The position numbers and the translations under genes were made by a program. Positions 34,776-46,634 of a stretch of 56,436 nt of DNA are shown here, in pieces (the first letter of the stretch is position 1; each line of letters begins with the position of its first letter). The notes beneath the pieces were generated by a model. The model saw only the letters and a list, made by a program, of their open reading frames with translations. It ran no database searches and was not told where the DNA came from. Source of the stretch: Folioceros fuciformis (lineage: Eukaryota); the NCBI GenBank assembly GCA_049999805.1, contig JBNGIO010006232.1, forward strand, positions 211,340 through 267,775, given 5' to 3'.

Positions 34776-35865
34776 ATGCCTGTTCGATTATTTGGGTCTG
34801 TGGCATTTGATCCTCCTCCACAAAAAGGTTTGATAAAAAAGGTAGCTCTGGGTAAGACAAAGAGACCTCCTATAGACCCTTCTAGGTTTCCACGAAAATG
34901 GGGATACGCTCCAAACCATGTGTTGAAGCAAAAAAGGCATTATGGTGCTGGAAATACTGTGAGTACTGCTTCTCATGCATTAGAATGAGATTTGCAAACG
35001 AGACCACGAAGAAGGAGGGACAGCTTTTCATCCTCCACTCATTCCTTGTAGGACTTCTTTGAGAAACAAAGATTATGTGCCCGGGATTTCTCCTTTCAAA
35101 GACACCCATGGTATCCAAACTTAATTGACCAGAAGAAGGACTCACTAGCTTATGAAGGTGATCGCTATGAACGATTTCGGCGAGATGTCGCTGGAATGCT
35201 CAAAGCAGAGCGTCATAATGCAAGAAGGAAACAAGAGGTACATCAGAATCTAAGTTCATCTTAAGACCATTGTTTTGTCCCAAAAGTGCATGAAGATTAG
35301 CTTTCACTTTTCATACAACATCTCCATCAAACATCTCATTCTTTCAAACTCCAAGCCTCATGTTCCCTTAACCTTCTAGGCTATGTACCAAGAATGGCGC
35401 AACATCAAAATGTGTAGAGAATACGACTTAAGGACAAGTAGAGAAGAGTCTTTCTTGAAACAAGAAAAGCATGAGGAAGAGAGGAGAAAAACTGTTGGAA
35501 ATATTTCCAACAAAAATAGCACTGCCTACAATCCTATTACATTAGAATACCACGACGGATACGAAGGCGACAAATTGACATATGAAGACAAGGCAACCAA
35601 GTAAGAATCATACTTGTCTTCTACAAAAATATTTTATATTTTTACCTTAATTCATAACAACATAAACACACATTATTATAAATCTTGTAGGTGGAGGCAG
35701 GAAATGAGATCAATTTATTTGCAAAAAAAAATAAATGGCGATAGAAAATATAATTGGATGGGTTGGACTCCAAGACCTTCTATTGTTGAGCCAGTAAAAC
35801 CAGTTGCACCCAAGCCATATTGTAGGACACCTAAAAGGTACTACTACTACCCAAATTTTATTTAA
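34776..35865 (+). CDS. Uncharacterised 4-exon charged/helical protein (~255 aa), possibly flagellum-associated
   Basis: Phase-consistent GT-AG model: MPVRLFG...YGAGNT | DFFEKQR...SLAYEGDRYERFRRDVA...RRKQE | AMYQEWR...STAYNPITLEYHDGYEGDKLTYEDKATK | WRQEMRSIYLQKK...YPNFI*. No internal stops. Confidence 0.65.
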
Positions 35866-37090
35866 AGGTGTTTAAAGTCTTCTTTAAAAAAATCTAGTAA
35901 ATGATTTTTTGTTTTAATCTTGATTGGTTGTAATTCAGAATTGACATTGAAGTAAAAGATGAATGAGAAGAACAATCATTGTAGATACTGTGAGATAATT
36001 CATCATCATCTCAAGGTAATCCATCCTGTACAATAGTAAAGATTCTCTCACTTCTTTTTATCAAAGGTATTTTTTTATTGTTAAAATATTATATTTTTTC
36101 TTTCAACTTTTTGCTTTCTTTGTGAAGAGAAGATGATATTGAAGATGTCTATTATTTCACAATTGATTCTCTTCCAGATGATGTACATATATCCAACCAG
36201 AAAAATAAATATTAGAATTATTAATAAAGCTAATTAAAATAAAATACCTTATATTTTAATAATTAATTCTTCCACTTTATCCACACTAATCAACTTGCTT
36301 CATAAATGTTCCCTTTTTTAAAATCTACTCTTAAAATAAAAGATTGTTTTGAATGGATTTTGTTTTTATTCAAAATTAGTATGTATCGGGAGGAACATAA
36401 TAAGAATAATTATTGATACCAAGGCCAGCCGCAGTGACAACATCCTGGTCGGGAACTGGGTGAAGCATCCATCCATTCTTCCTCAGCAAGCAAGCACGCA
36501 AGCCGGTCGTGGTGGGTAGCAGAAAGGGCTTCCCGACCTTCGTGGCTCCCGACCCATGAGCTGGACCTTTCATGTCCTTGGAATGATTTGCTTTCCTTGG
36601 CTTTCGTTTGGTTGCTAAGCGTCAAAGTTTGAGTCAAAGAAAGGCTTTTTGCGTCATCCAGATCCCGGGTTTGGCTCAGCAAGTTGGAAGGTGCGAGGCC
36701 CTGAGGGGATCTGGAGCCAATTTGAAAGCGCTGCGTGGGACGCAGAACGAGTTTGGTGGCAGATATGGAGAAGTGAAGCTGCAAATGGAAAGGCGCTAAA
36801 TCAATGCCTGGTCGCTCATAGGTGGGAGTGGGAAATTGGGGGAAGATGTGGAAGCGCGGAAAGCAAAAATCAGAAGCTGCTGCATCGGTCTGTGGTTGGA
36901 GGCGGGGCAGCCCACAAAAAATCGGCTCGCTTCTGTGGTGGTCCGAGATTCACTCAGCGGCTCCGGTCTGGTCGCTGGGAATCCTTTTTGGTGGGTGCTA
37001 CTGTGCAGCGTGCGACATGTGTATGTATGTATGTACGTGTGTAGGTACTGTACTGTACTCTGCTGCGCCCCGGTCTGAGTAAGAGGAACA

Positions 37091-37220
37091 ACGTGGCTGA
37101 CCAGGGTTAGCTCGCGGGTTACGGCAGGAGCCCATTGGTCGGTTTCTCCGTACGAGCTGCCAAATTCCTGCCGCGCAGTCACTTGGCTGCCGCGGTCCCA
37201 CGTTTCCGCTTGAACGTGTC
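37091..37220 (+). promoter_or_regulatory. Cluster of ACGT-core G-box/ABRE-like elements upstream of BIC (ACGTGGC 37091, CCACGT 37198, ACGTGTC 37214)
   Basis: Motifs seen directly; HY5/bZIP control of BIC genes is known in Arabidopsis. Confidence 0.4.
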
Positions 37221-37600
37221 CTTTTGTGGCCTCGGGTAACCTTTCACCTTGGGCCGGTTACCTTGCTTCGCCTCTCGTCCACATCCTGCTGCTGTCGCCC
37301 GCCTCTCCCTCGAAGCTCGAATCTTTCACGGCCGGAAGGGATGTTCGGGCTGCTCTCTCTCTCTCCCATTTAATGCCCGCTAGAGCTAAGAGAGGAGAGT
37401 TTGCTGCGAGCGGACCTGCTTCCTCGTTAGCTCGCACGTCCGCTCGCTCCCGCCCTGGGGACGTGGTTTGGTGTGCAATTGTTGGGAAGGGGAAGAGAAG
37501 GGGAGGGTTGGAGGGTACGAAGTTGAGGCCCGCTTGTTGCCGCTGTTGATTTGCTCGGGAGTGGGACGGGAGAAGTGAGGAGCCGGCCGCTTGTGGCTTG

Positions 37601-38227
37601 ATGACCTTGGGCCCAGTGCATGCTGTGCCCGTAGAGCGGAAGAGGAAGGAAGCTGAGGTTGTGGTTGAGGCCGAGGTTGAAGATACCCGGGCTTCGGTGA
37701 AGAACAAGAAAGCCGCCAGTGTGCAGGAGGCGGAGGCTGCGTCGAAGCCTGGTATGGCTGCTGCGTGTCTTGCGGAATTCTCGCGGCCTCAGTTCGTCGT
37801 CATGGGAGAGTACTCGAGGTCGACTTCTCTGTCTCGGTCGGGAGCGGAGAGGCAGGACGGTGAAGTTTCGGGCGAATTTCACGAGGTACGGGAGGAGGAT
37901 AGGGCGGAGGAGGGGGCGTCTGTGCCGTCCGTGCCGGATTCCTGGGCCGGAGACGCGTTCCTGCATGCTGGAGATGCGTGGGAGTCTGGTTCTGTGTCCG
38001 TGGTCCCGATGCCGATTCTCTCCAACAGGGACAGGCTTCAGCGCCACCGACTCCAAGTCGCGGGACATGTTTCTATCCCTGATACGTGGCCCGGGGAGCA
38101 GCATCTTCTGGATTGGATCGACACGGAGGAGGTAGAGGAGGGGTTGAGGCCGCTCGGGCTGATGATGGCCCGGGCCGCGCTCATCAACGAGCAATCGAAA
38201 GGGAGCGGAAGCAGGCGCCTGCGGTAG
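37601..38227 (+). CDS. BIC: Blue-light inhibitor of cryptochromes (BIC1/BIC2-like)
   Basis: C-terminal RDRLQRHRLQVAGHVSIPDTWPGEQHLLDWIDTEEVEEGLRPLGLMMARAALINE matches the BIC cryptochrome-interacting domain (RERLKxHRxxxAGxVWIPxxWGQExLLKDWID...ARxAL). Single exon. Confidence 0.88.
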   Translation: MTLGPVHAVPVERKRKEAEVVVEAEVEDTRASVKNKKAASVQEAEAASKPGMAAACLAEFSRPQFVVMGEYSRSTSLSRSGAERQDGEVSGEFHEVREEDRAEEGASVPSVPDSWAGDAFLHAGDAWESGSVSVVPMPILSNRDRLQRHRLQVAGHVSIPDTWPGEQHLLDWIDTEEVEEGLRPLGLMMARAALINEQSKGSGSRRLR

Positions 38228-38975
38228 CTGACTATGGGCGTGGACGGGTGGTTTAATAATAGGTGGATACACTCGGGAGTGGAAGTCTCGTCGGAGAGAG
38301 CGATGGATGGATTGCTCGCTGGTCTGTCCAGCAGGATACGAAGGAGGATGGCATGGTCGCTGTCAGTGTATCAGCTGTTGCTTGCCCTTCCTGCAGGTTT
38401 GGAATACGCTACGTTTGTTCCCTGGCGTTGGTGACCATGGTGATCTATTAACATGCCAGTCGCATTCCCGCCGACGTCAAGCGAAGTAGGAATGAGATGA
38501 AATCCCGATGAGCTCTTGGCCACGAAGCCTGGTGGCCGCAGGGAGGGTTCGCAGCCGAAATGTCTCGCAGCAGCAGCAGCACGCCAGCTCCTGTCGTTTG
38601 CGAGGTTGAGGCTCAAGGCCTAATCCAATTTGGATTATGGACTCCAGAGGCAATGTGTCCGCGGTGGCGTCCTCGCTTGTACTGATTCCAAATCGTAATA
38701 AACGCCAGCTCTTTCCTTGATTCTTCCTGCGCACGCTGTGTCCATCCTGTTTGCCTGGGTCAGTCAGAGCAAAGTGCGCAACTGTGCGCAAGCAAGCAAT
38801 AGATTTTCGCGTAAAGTACATCGACGACAGAGCCATACGACTCATGCAGAAACGAGATGTGCACAGTAACCTCTGATACTGTGGCGGACAAATTCTGTAA
38901 ATTGAGTTCTTGGCAGCACCTTCGGTGTGTACCATTGTGCCGCCATCAGAGCAGCCGGGAAAATAGCACTCCAAT

Positions 38976-41900
38976 TTACGAAGAAAGTGCGATTGTTGCA
39001 ACAATCGGGTATCCATCTGTTAATTCCTTCTGGTCATACTGAGTCTCATTCCAGGAAGAACAGATGGCGGCAGGTGAAGAGAAAATGTAACCAGCTCCAG
39101 GATCTCGATCAGCAGGGCCATTCCACTCCCCATGGGTTGCCACATAGCCATCGATGAGCCCTGACGAGATGATGCTGTTGTAGCCAGTGCTGCGGGGGCC
39201 TGCGTTGATGTCGCCACCGAAAATCAAGGGCACACCGCGTCCCCGGATATCCGGTCCAGCTGCGGAGGTGTTGTTGTCTAGTAATCCCCGCAACAGATCT
39301 TTTGTCCGTTCAGCTTGCAGCACAATCTCGTCTTCCAAAACACCGAAGTGGGCATTAACCAGATCGACAGACTTTCCTTGGAAAACAATGCTGGCATGCT
39401 GGAAGCAAGCGTTCTCTCCTGTCGGCGAAGGAAGCACTTCCCAGTCGGCATGTTCGAAGCTGACGACGGACAGCAGTGCACAGCCCCAAGTATCTGATCT
39501 CGTGGGAGGAGAGTACACACTTCGCATCTTCATCCAAGTTGCCAGGTAATCAACCTGTAGAGGAAAGGATGGGCATCAGCCTTACGTTTGCTTAAGATAT
39601 CCTTAACAGCAAACACATCTTACAATCACAAATACCAGGTCCATGTTGCCGTGGACGATGTGCATCATGTCTGTCTCCTGTAGCCTGGACCAGTGCCAGG
39701 AGAACGATAAGAAAGAAACAAGACTGCAACATGATGTAAACAAAAGAGTTCGATACGTTAAGAGAAAACTCACATTATGACATGTGGCTGTTCCTTGGTA
39801 AACACGTTGTACAAGCTGACATAGTTGAGTTTGCCAGATCTGCTGAAGCCCTGCTGGACATTCAAGTTGATCACTCTGAGATCTCCCTCAAAATTTCTTC
39901 CGCTCCAGTTCGAAGTATGCTCTAGCCGAACCACAAATGCTGTTGCGAGAATGACACCGACCAGCCCAATCAATGTCCCCACTGCCTGCACGGGCATTCC
40001 ATCAGCAGTCGATGGGAAAGCTTCAAAGCTCCTGCACTTCCTAGAGTGACAATATCACCGAAACACGAGCAAGGATCAAAAAATGGAAAAGAAGCGAGGC
40101 ACCTTCCGACCGGGAACCCCACTTCCCCACGTGAGTGTTCCTGTGCGCCATGCTCCCATTCTGGCACCAAACTCCCACTTCTCTTGAGGCGTGACATCAG
40201 GGCCTCGAGCGAGACCTACCCCTACGCCGACAAATGTGGTGCTCATGAGATAGGCTCGAGTACCTCGGAGAAACCCAATTCCAGGCATGGATTCATAGGC
40301 AAGCAGGGCTGTACTCCAGACAAGCAGTACTACATACAGAAGCATGGCTACTCCTAATCCTGATCCCGGGTATACTCCAAAGATATTCCTTGGCATTATC
40401 ACCCAGAGCGAGGGAACTGCAAAAGATAGCAGAGCACTTCCGATCACAGTGGATGTAACCCCTTGAAGTACCAAGACTGCTCCGGTTGCAGCACACAACC
40501 AGGCAACAAGTGCTTGCACTTGCTTGGGCAGTTGGTCACGGGCAACTTCCGCAGAGAATATGGTCCCAAGGGCTAGCGAGCAGATTGAAAGCCAACCCCA
40601 GGACACCGGTGCTCCAGACCATCGATACAGACAGTTTGGAGATGTGAACAGCCAGTGGGTGAGGAACAGAAGACTCCCAAACCCAACTCCCATTTGAACT
40701 GTCCTTGAACATCCAGCTTTTGTCCACTTCCAACCGCGTTTACGATACATGTTGAAATCACTGCCTGAGCTACTTTCCACTCCTCCTATCTCATCTAGCC
40801 ACGGAACTTCTTCCCCCTCCCCCCATCTCTTCCCAATGGTCTCTTCCTCCCAACATTGCAAAGACAATCCCGCAACCTGGTTACTTGAGGGTCGGGACTG
40901 GACATTGACTTTGACTTCCAGAATCTCAACTGTGGAACCATTGGGCAAATATCCATAATCCATCTCAACCATCTCTGTGCCTTCCTGATCTTGAAGCCTG
41001 CTATGAATAACCAATGGGGCATCCTCCCTATCGAAAGGAAAGCTCAGATTCTCAGCAACAGCAAGCACATTCTCTTCACCTTCACCACGAACAGTCATGC
41101 CTAAATCGCTTCGCACCTCCTCTTGCGCTTGCATTCCCTTGCTTGACAAATGAATTGACTGCATCTCCACATCCTCCAGATGATCATCATCAGTCATGCC
41201 CAGCCGACACCTTCTCTCAAACTCAGCGATCTTTCTATACGAACCACTGTCTCCCCCTTCCCCATCAAAGTCGTCACTGAGCGCGTCTGTAGAATCTGCC
41301 ACTTCTGCTGCCGTAAAACCTGTCTCGTCTTTACCGACATCCTCCCCTTCCCACTCTGCTACATCCTCTGTAAGCACTATGAAAGCCGTGCACACCCCTG
41401 GGAACACTCCCAACAATACAAAACCCCAGGTTGAAGCGACTATCGGATTCGGACCAGCGTAAGCCCATCGCAGTGCCTGGTTTACAACATAAATCAGTTG
41501 CACCATCAAGACCACGACAGCAGAAACGGAAATGCAAGAGTGCTAGAGTCACGTTGAATAGGGTGAAGGGAACGTACTTGCAACAGGAGGATTCCCCCAA
41601 TCATTCCAAAGCCCGTTCGTCTCCTGCGTGCTCCTGTTCCAGCCCAGAAACCTTCCAACACGTACAAACTCATGATGGCAACCGAGTTTGCGGAAAAGGA
41701 GAGTCGACTCAGAGGAGTCCTCCGAGACTGACCCCAAATACCAACCAAGCCACAGAGTAACATCAGAGACCGAGTCCATGGGTGTAGATCCAGATAATCT
41801 CGCAGAGTGGGCTGTCCCAACACCACCGCGGGAGTAAACAGGTAGGCAAGGAATCCGATTTCAGGAGCAATCCCTCCCTTCTGAAGCTGGAACCAGTACA

Positions 41901-42350
41901 CATCCCGAACGAAGGCAACCAAAGCAGTCCAAAACACCAGTCCACCGTACGATTCTGCAGACAGATGCAGCATGGGCATCAACCACCGCCATTTCAACCG
42001 TTTCCATTGCCCTTTCAGCCACCCATGTTTCGGCCTGCACGAGCAGAAGCAGAATAAACAACCGTAGGTTCCTCACTCCCACCAATGCCTGATAAAGGAG
42101 TAGTACCAACCACACAAACACAGAACACCCACCTGAACCGCAGAACAGGACTGTAGTCTGCAATATCATCGAGTTCACCCTCCTCCACGACAAGGGTGGG
42201 CTGACCTGATCGGCCGATACGTGAAACAGACGCCAAGGCCTCTCTCAATGGGCTAGCTGACGGCCACCAGCGAGTAGGAGGTGATGCGGAGAGCGTGGGA
42301 CTGTCCCCGTCACTCTCATCTTGAAACCGGGTATACTTGTGAGAGACCAT
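38976..42350 (-). CDS. CWH43/PGAP2-interacting-protein-like polytopic membrane protein with C-terminal endonuclease/exonuclease/phosphatase (EEP) domain, multi-exon
   Basis: Many TM segments and an acidic loop, then LRVINLNVQQGFSRSG...PHVIM|LQETD..HIVHGNMDL|VDYLATWMKMRSVYSPPTRSDTWGCALLS...GENAC...VNAHFG...LQA...LIFGGDINAGP, which is the CWH43 C-terminal pattern. Confidence 0.78.
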
Positions 42351-43332
42351 GAAGCTCGTCGGGGGAGGGGGCCTTCACATGATCCCACCTCCTCCACTCC
42401 CTTCATACGTCCAGTTCCCCCTCAGTCTTCGCACATTGCCAGCCTCCCTCCTGGACTACATCCACTCCACACAGCATCCTCTAAGCTCCTCCCCCTCGGC
42501 TTCACAGCCTCCCCGTCCCTCAAGTCCTGCTCCATCCCATCCACCCTCACCACATCCTCGTACGCTGAAGCCTGCAGCATCCAATTTCATTCTGCCAGGC
42601 GCATTCATTCACCCTGTAGAAGTCCAATTTTCAATAACGGTCCAGATCAGACCTCCCCAGATCCGCCAATCCCATCCCCAAACAAATATGTCCGACTAGC
42701 ATCATTTTTTAATGCCTGGGCTGCTTGCGTTCCAGTCACGCAGCTGGTCCCGGCGGATCCAGTACCGGGGTCTGCGCACTGCTTCCGTCCGCGGGCTCCC
42801 AGACCCAATTTGTGCTCCTTTCCTGCCGTCTCTCTCCGTCCGTCAAACCCTGAACACCGGCAGTAAGATAGCCCTGACGGCAGCAAGGACATTTCTGCCA
42901 TTTCACGACGTGTCAGAGATTACAGTTGGGAAAACCCGTACACAGGTTGTTATCCACGAACCGTGGCACTGGCATTCGGGAAATGGATGCTACGCTTGAT
43001 ACGGGGTTTGCAAATTGTAAGCCGACAGTCTGGACGGACTTGGACACTTTGGGTGCGGAACTCCAGTGGCACAGCTTCCTCAATTTACTCTAAAATTGCC
43101 TCCAGATCTACCATTCGGAGCAGGCGCTGTTCCTTGCTTGTCGTTTTCAGAAGCACCTCCCCGCATGTCCTTCGCATGACGGCACGAGCTAACCACACGG
43201 CGCGGTCTGCACTCTTTCCCTTGGGGCCAGGTCGACGTTTCTTGTGAAGGATTCAAGTGCGCTCGGTCGGCGCGGTGTGCGAGGAAGTGGAGCTCTTGCT
43301 TTTCTATCAAGACGTTGCCGTCAAATTTTGAT

Positions 43333-43963
43333 CTAAATCGGGGGCACAGGTTGCTCAACTGAAGGCACAGAGTTCTCTGTTTGTGAGGAGGCTGTCTCCG
43401 CAGCTTTTGCTGAGGGCGGCAATGGCTCCAGGGGTGGGCCTCCCTGCTGTCCAGGCCTGGGCACCCATTCAGCGAACAAAAACTCTTTCACAGGAGCGTG
43501 CTTGTGGTCATTTTGGTGCTTACAAATCATCCTGCAGTGATGCCTGCTGGTCATCCAGTGCAGCATTACCTTCATGCTTCTCTTGTTCCTCAGAACCTCT
43601 ATTTCCTGTCCACGTGCACACCGACAAGACGTCAGCTGACACACAGATCTTACAAGTCCTGGCTGCCCTGCCGGCCCAGCAAGACTAGGTCATCCTTCCA
43701 ATGACAAAAGCTCAGACGTAATCAGCTGGAGCTGGGGCTAAAGATGAGGAATCCATGGCTGCCACGCACTGCAGACATACCTTGGCAAACTCCCAGCACG
43801 CATTCACAGAAAGCGGGCCATGCTGCTTGATAATGGCCTGGAGTTGCGCAGAGAGTTTGAACGCATCCTCGCCCATGAGATGAGGATTGATTAGGTATCC
43901 TGACTCCCTCTTCCGCTTCGGTTTCGACTTGCTGGCCATAAACCGCACAGCTGTGGCAAACAT
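43333..43963 (-). CDS. Small plant mitochondrial protein, mitoribosomal mL80-like; 2 or possibly 3 exons
   Basis: MFATAVRFMASKSKPKRK...AIIKQHGPLSVNACWEFAK | EIEVLRNKRSMKVMLHWMTSRHHCRMICKH...FLFAEW resembles the plant family KPKPKMK...KEHGPLT...SKRHMKIVLRWM...ICNH...FLYTTW, recalled as mL80. Confidence 0.65.
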
Positions 43964-44027
43964 CTTGCCTCCGTCGTCTCAACACGCCGCCCGATCGATA
44001 CTCCCAGCGGCTGAAAAGGAGAACCTC

Positions 44028-44041
44028 AGGGTTTAGGGTTT
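44028..44041 (-). promoter_or_regulatory. Telo-box (AAACCCTAAACCCT) ~65 bp upstream of the mL80-like gene
   Basis: Motif seen directly; telo-boxes are typical of plant translation-machinery promoters. Confidence 0.5.
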
Positions 44042-44440
44042 ACGCCCCACACCGCTTTGCCATCGGTCTACAATCCTCGCATCTTCAACCCTTGCGTGGA
44101 ACAAGGAGACTGTAACGAAAGCTCATTGGAGAAAACCCCAAGAGTGGTTTTAAATTAGACCCCAGTCGTCCTGTCCGCACAGACTGTGCAAATTTCAGAT
44201 TCACCGTCAGTAGCGCGACCACCATCGAGCCGATATGGTGCAAATATTGATGTCGCATCAACAGCATCACAGACCTCGAGGGACCTTTCCGCCCCCGGCG
44301 CCCCTGCAGACTCTCATCCACATGCAACCCGGGGAGTTGTGGAAACTGTGCCGCAAGATGCTTAACGAAAGGCAATCGCTTGCTCACCTCGGTAGCTGGA
44401 TACCAAGCGCCTGGCAAAACTACTTATGCATAGCAGATCC

Positions 44441-45144
44441 ATGGATCCCCTCATCAGCGTCTCTCTCGTCTCTTGCCGAGCACTCACAATGTTGGCTCAG
44501 GATGGAAGCAGCGATTTCGGACTCCTCTACCGCCAGATCCATCATAACCCAGGCATCTCACCACGCACTCAAGCATCGCCTTCACGGCCGTAGCCAGCTC
44601 GACTCTAACAATCCTTGTGTCCTGTTTCCGCTGCGCAGGGGAAGGAACCGCAGCGCTGTGGGCCTTCGGAGTGCTGATGCTTGCGAAGGCGCTGGGAAAC
44701 GACACCGGGGGCTCGTACGCCGCCTTCGAAGCTCAGGTATGGCCGGGGCAGGGTCCCCCTCCCCACGCCCAGTCCAGGACAGACGAGACCTGGTTCATGC
44801 TGGAGGGCCACATGACGTGGTACATCGGGGACAAGGCTGTGGATGCCAAGCCTGGAACTTACCTCTTCCTCCCGAGATTCCATACGCATTCCTGGAGAGT
44901 GAACTCTGCCGACTACGCCAGAATGCTCATCGTCTTTTCCCCTGGCGAATTCGGAGACTACTTCGTGCGGGTGGCCCGCAAGGCAGAGGGAGTGGATGGC
45001 ATCCCCGTCCCTCACGGCACACTCCCTCCGCAACACACCGCGGAGGAGCTTGCGAATGCCGTGGATTTGGCTATCACCGAGTATGGCGTCCGCTTCGATT
45101 TCGACTTCCAGACGGAAAACAACCGGAGTGATTCAGTTCGTTGA
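44441..45144 (+). CDS. Single-domain cupin of bacterial quercetin-2,3-dioxygenase (QueD)-like type
   Basis: GEGTAALWAFG...NDTGGSYAAFEAQVWPGQGPPPHAQSRTDETWFMLEG...AKPGTYLFLPRFHTHSWRV...ARMLIVFSPGEFGDYF. The 5' exon joins in frame only through a proposed GC-AG intron at 44553-44638. Confidence 0.78.
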
Positions 45145-46634
45145 GCGAAGTATGGCGTTTCACGGGCCGCAAGCCTCGACTACACAAAGCTGAGCTTGTA
45201 ACATTTGCATTAATATGTGTATATACTCACTTGTTCATTCTTTTAAAACTATGGGCTTTATGACCAGTTTGTTCAACCTGGCATTTAGCCTTCGACCATT
45301 TTCTCTGTGCTTCAGTTCGGCATCCAAACTGGTTGACATACGTACCCATCTCCCTAAACCCTAGACCCTACAACGGCTTTTGAGCCCTTCCTAGAACCTC
45401 CTGGAGCCGGAGGAGAAGCCGGCTTTCCCTTCTGCAAAGTCCTGATGATGAGCAAAAGAGTGAGAATCCTGTGAAGGTCTGCTCTGGACTGCAAGCAGCG
45501 TACTTCACCTCCTCCATGTGGGCAACATGAAGCCTGGCCTGCATCTTTCTCACGGGTGCCGCTCGTACCAAAGACCAGACTCTTCTCATAATGTTTTTTT
45601 CGCAATTTGGAAGTTACATGAAGTCCACCAGTCACCATTTCCGTCGACCAGCTGCGGTGCCTGAGGACCATGGAGAGGCTTTGGTACTTACATGAGCACA
45701 TACCACTGCCAGCAGCACTATGACGAGGGCATCGCAACTCTATCCATGATCGTTGAAAGCCACAGCCTCGTACACATGTCTTCACTTTTCAAGTCATGGC
45801 ATGTTAGACTTCAGCAAGTGGGAATGTCGGGATGATGTGCCGAAGCTGTTCATTCAGGCCCATGCAGTCATAGACGTGCTGCTTGCATGGACAAGCCGAT
45901 GATTGGACAGAGGGACGGTGAGCCCACAACAGGAGATAGGCTCCTGAAGCGAGACGTGGGGGACTGCCCCACGTCGCGGCCGGGTTTATGGTTTTGGCCA
46001 CTGTCAAGGAAGGTAATTCAGAGATTCCAAGGCTGTGCAAGCCTTGGGGTGTCTGTTACGATCAGCATTAACTCGTAGTTCAACTGTGGAGCAGGTGTTG
46101 TGGTTCTGTGGCACACTGGATTGTGGCCTGCCCTTTCTGTTGCAGGGTTTCTCCATATCACCAGGACGTCATGTCCTTCACAGACTTCGCCATATTCAGC
46201 AAATGCTTTCACTGAAGTATGTGCCTTGTGAGGTAGCTGGGATTGCTATTATCAACATCTGGATGCCTGTCATGTGCGGGACACAACATCGTGGTAATCC
46301 TTTTGAACTGGAAAGCTCATGCAAGGTGGGACAGCCTTGCATTGGTGCAGGCCTCCGAGTAGTCAGAAATGGCAGGGAGCTGCACATCTTGTCCACCGCC
46401 ATCATTTTGCCTGTTCGACATGAGGGACTCCGAAGAAGTATGCCACATCAGGGACCAATGGGAAGATGGCATCGTCTGGCCTATTCCTGGGGTTCATGAC
46501 TTGTACCCGGACGCCTCCCTTGAGAGGCCGGGGCGGCACGGTGCCATGGCTGCGAATGCTCCTCCTGTCTGCCTCCTGAAAAAGGCTGCAAGACGATTTC
46601 CAGATCGTTTGCCCAGGCTGCAACGGCAACCGAG

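Noticed and set aside
45354..46630. ORFs upstream of the PPR pseudogene
   Set aside because: No homology recognisable by eye.
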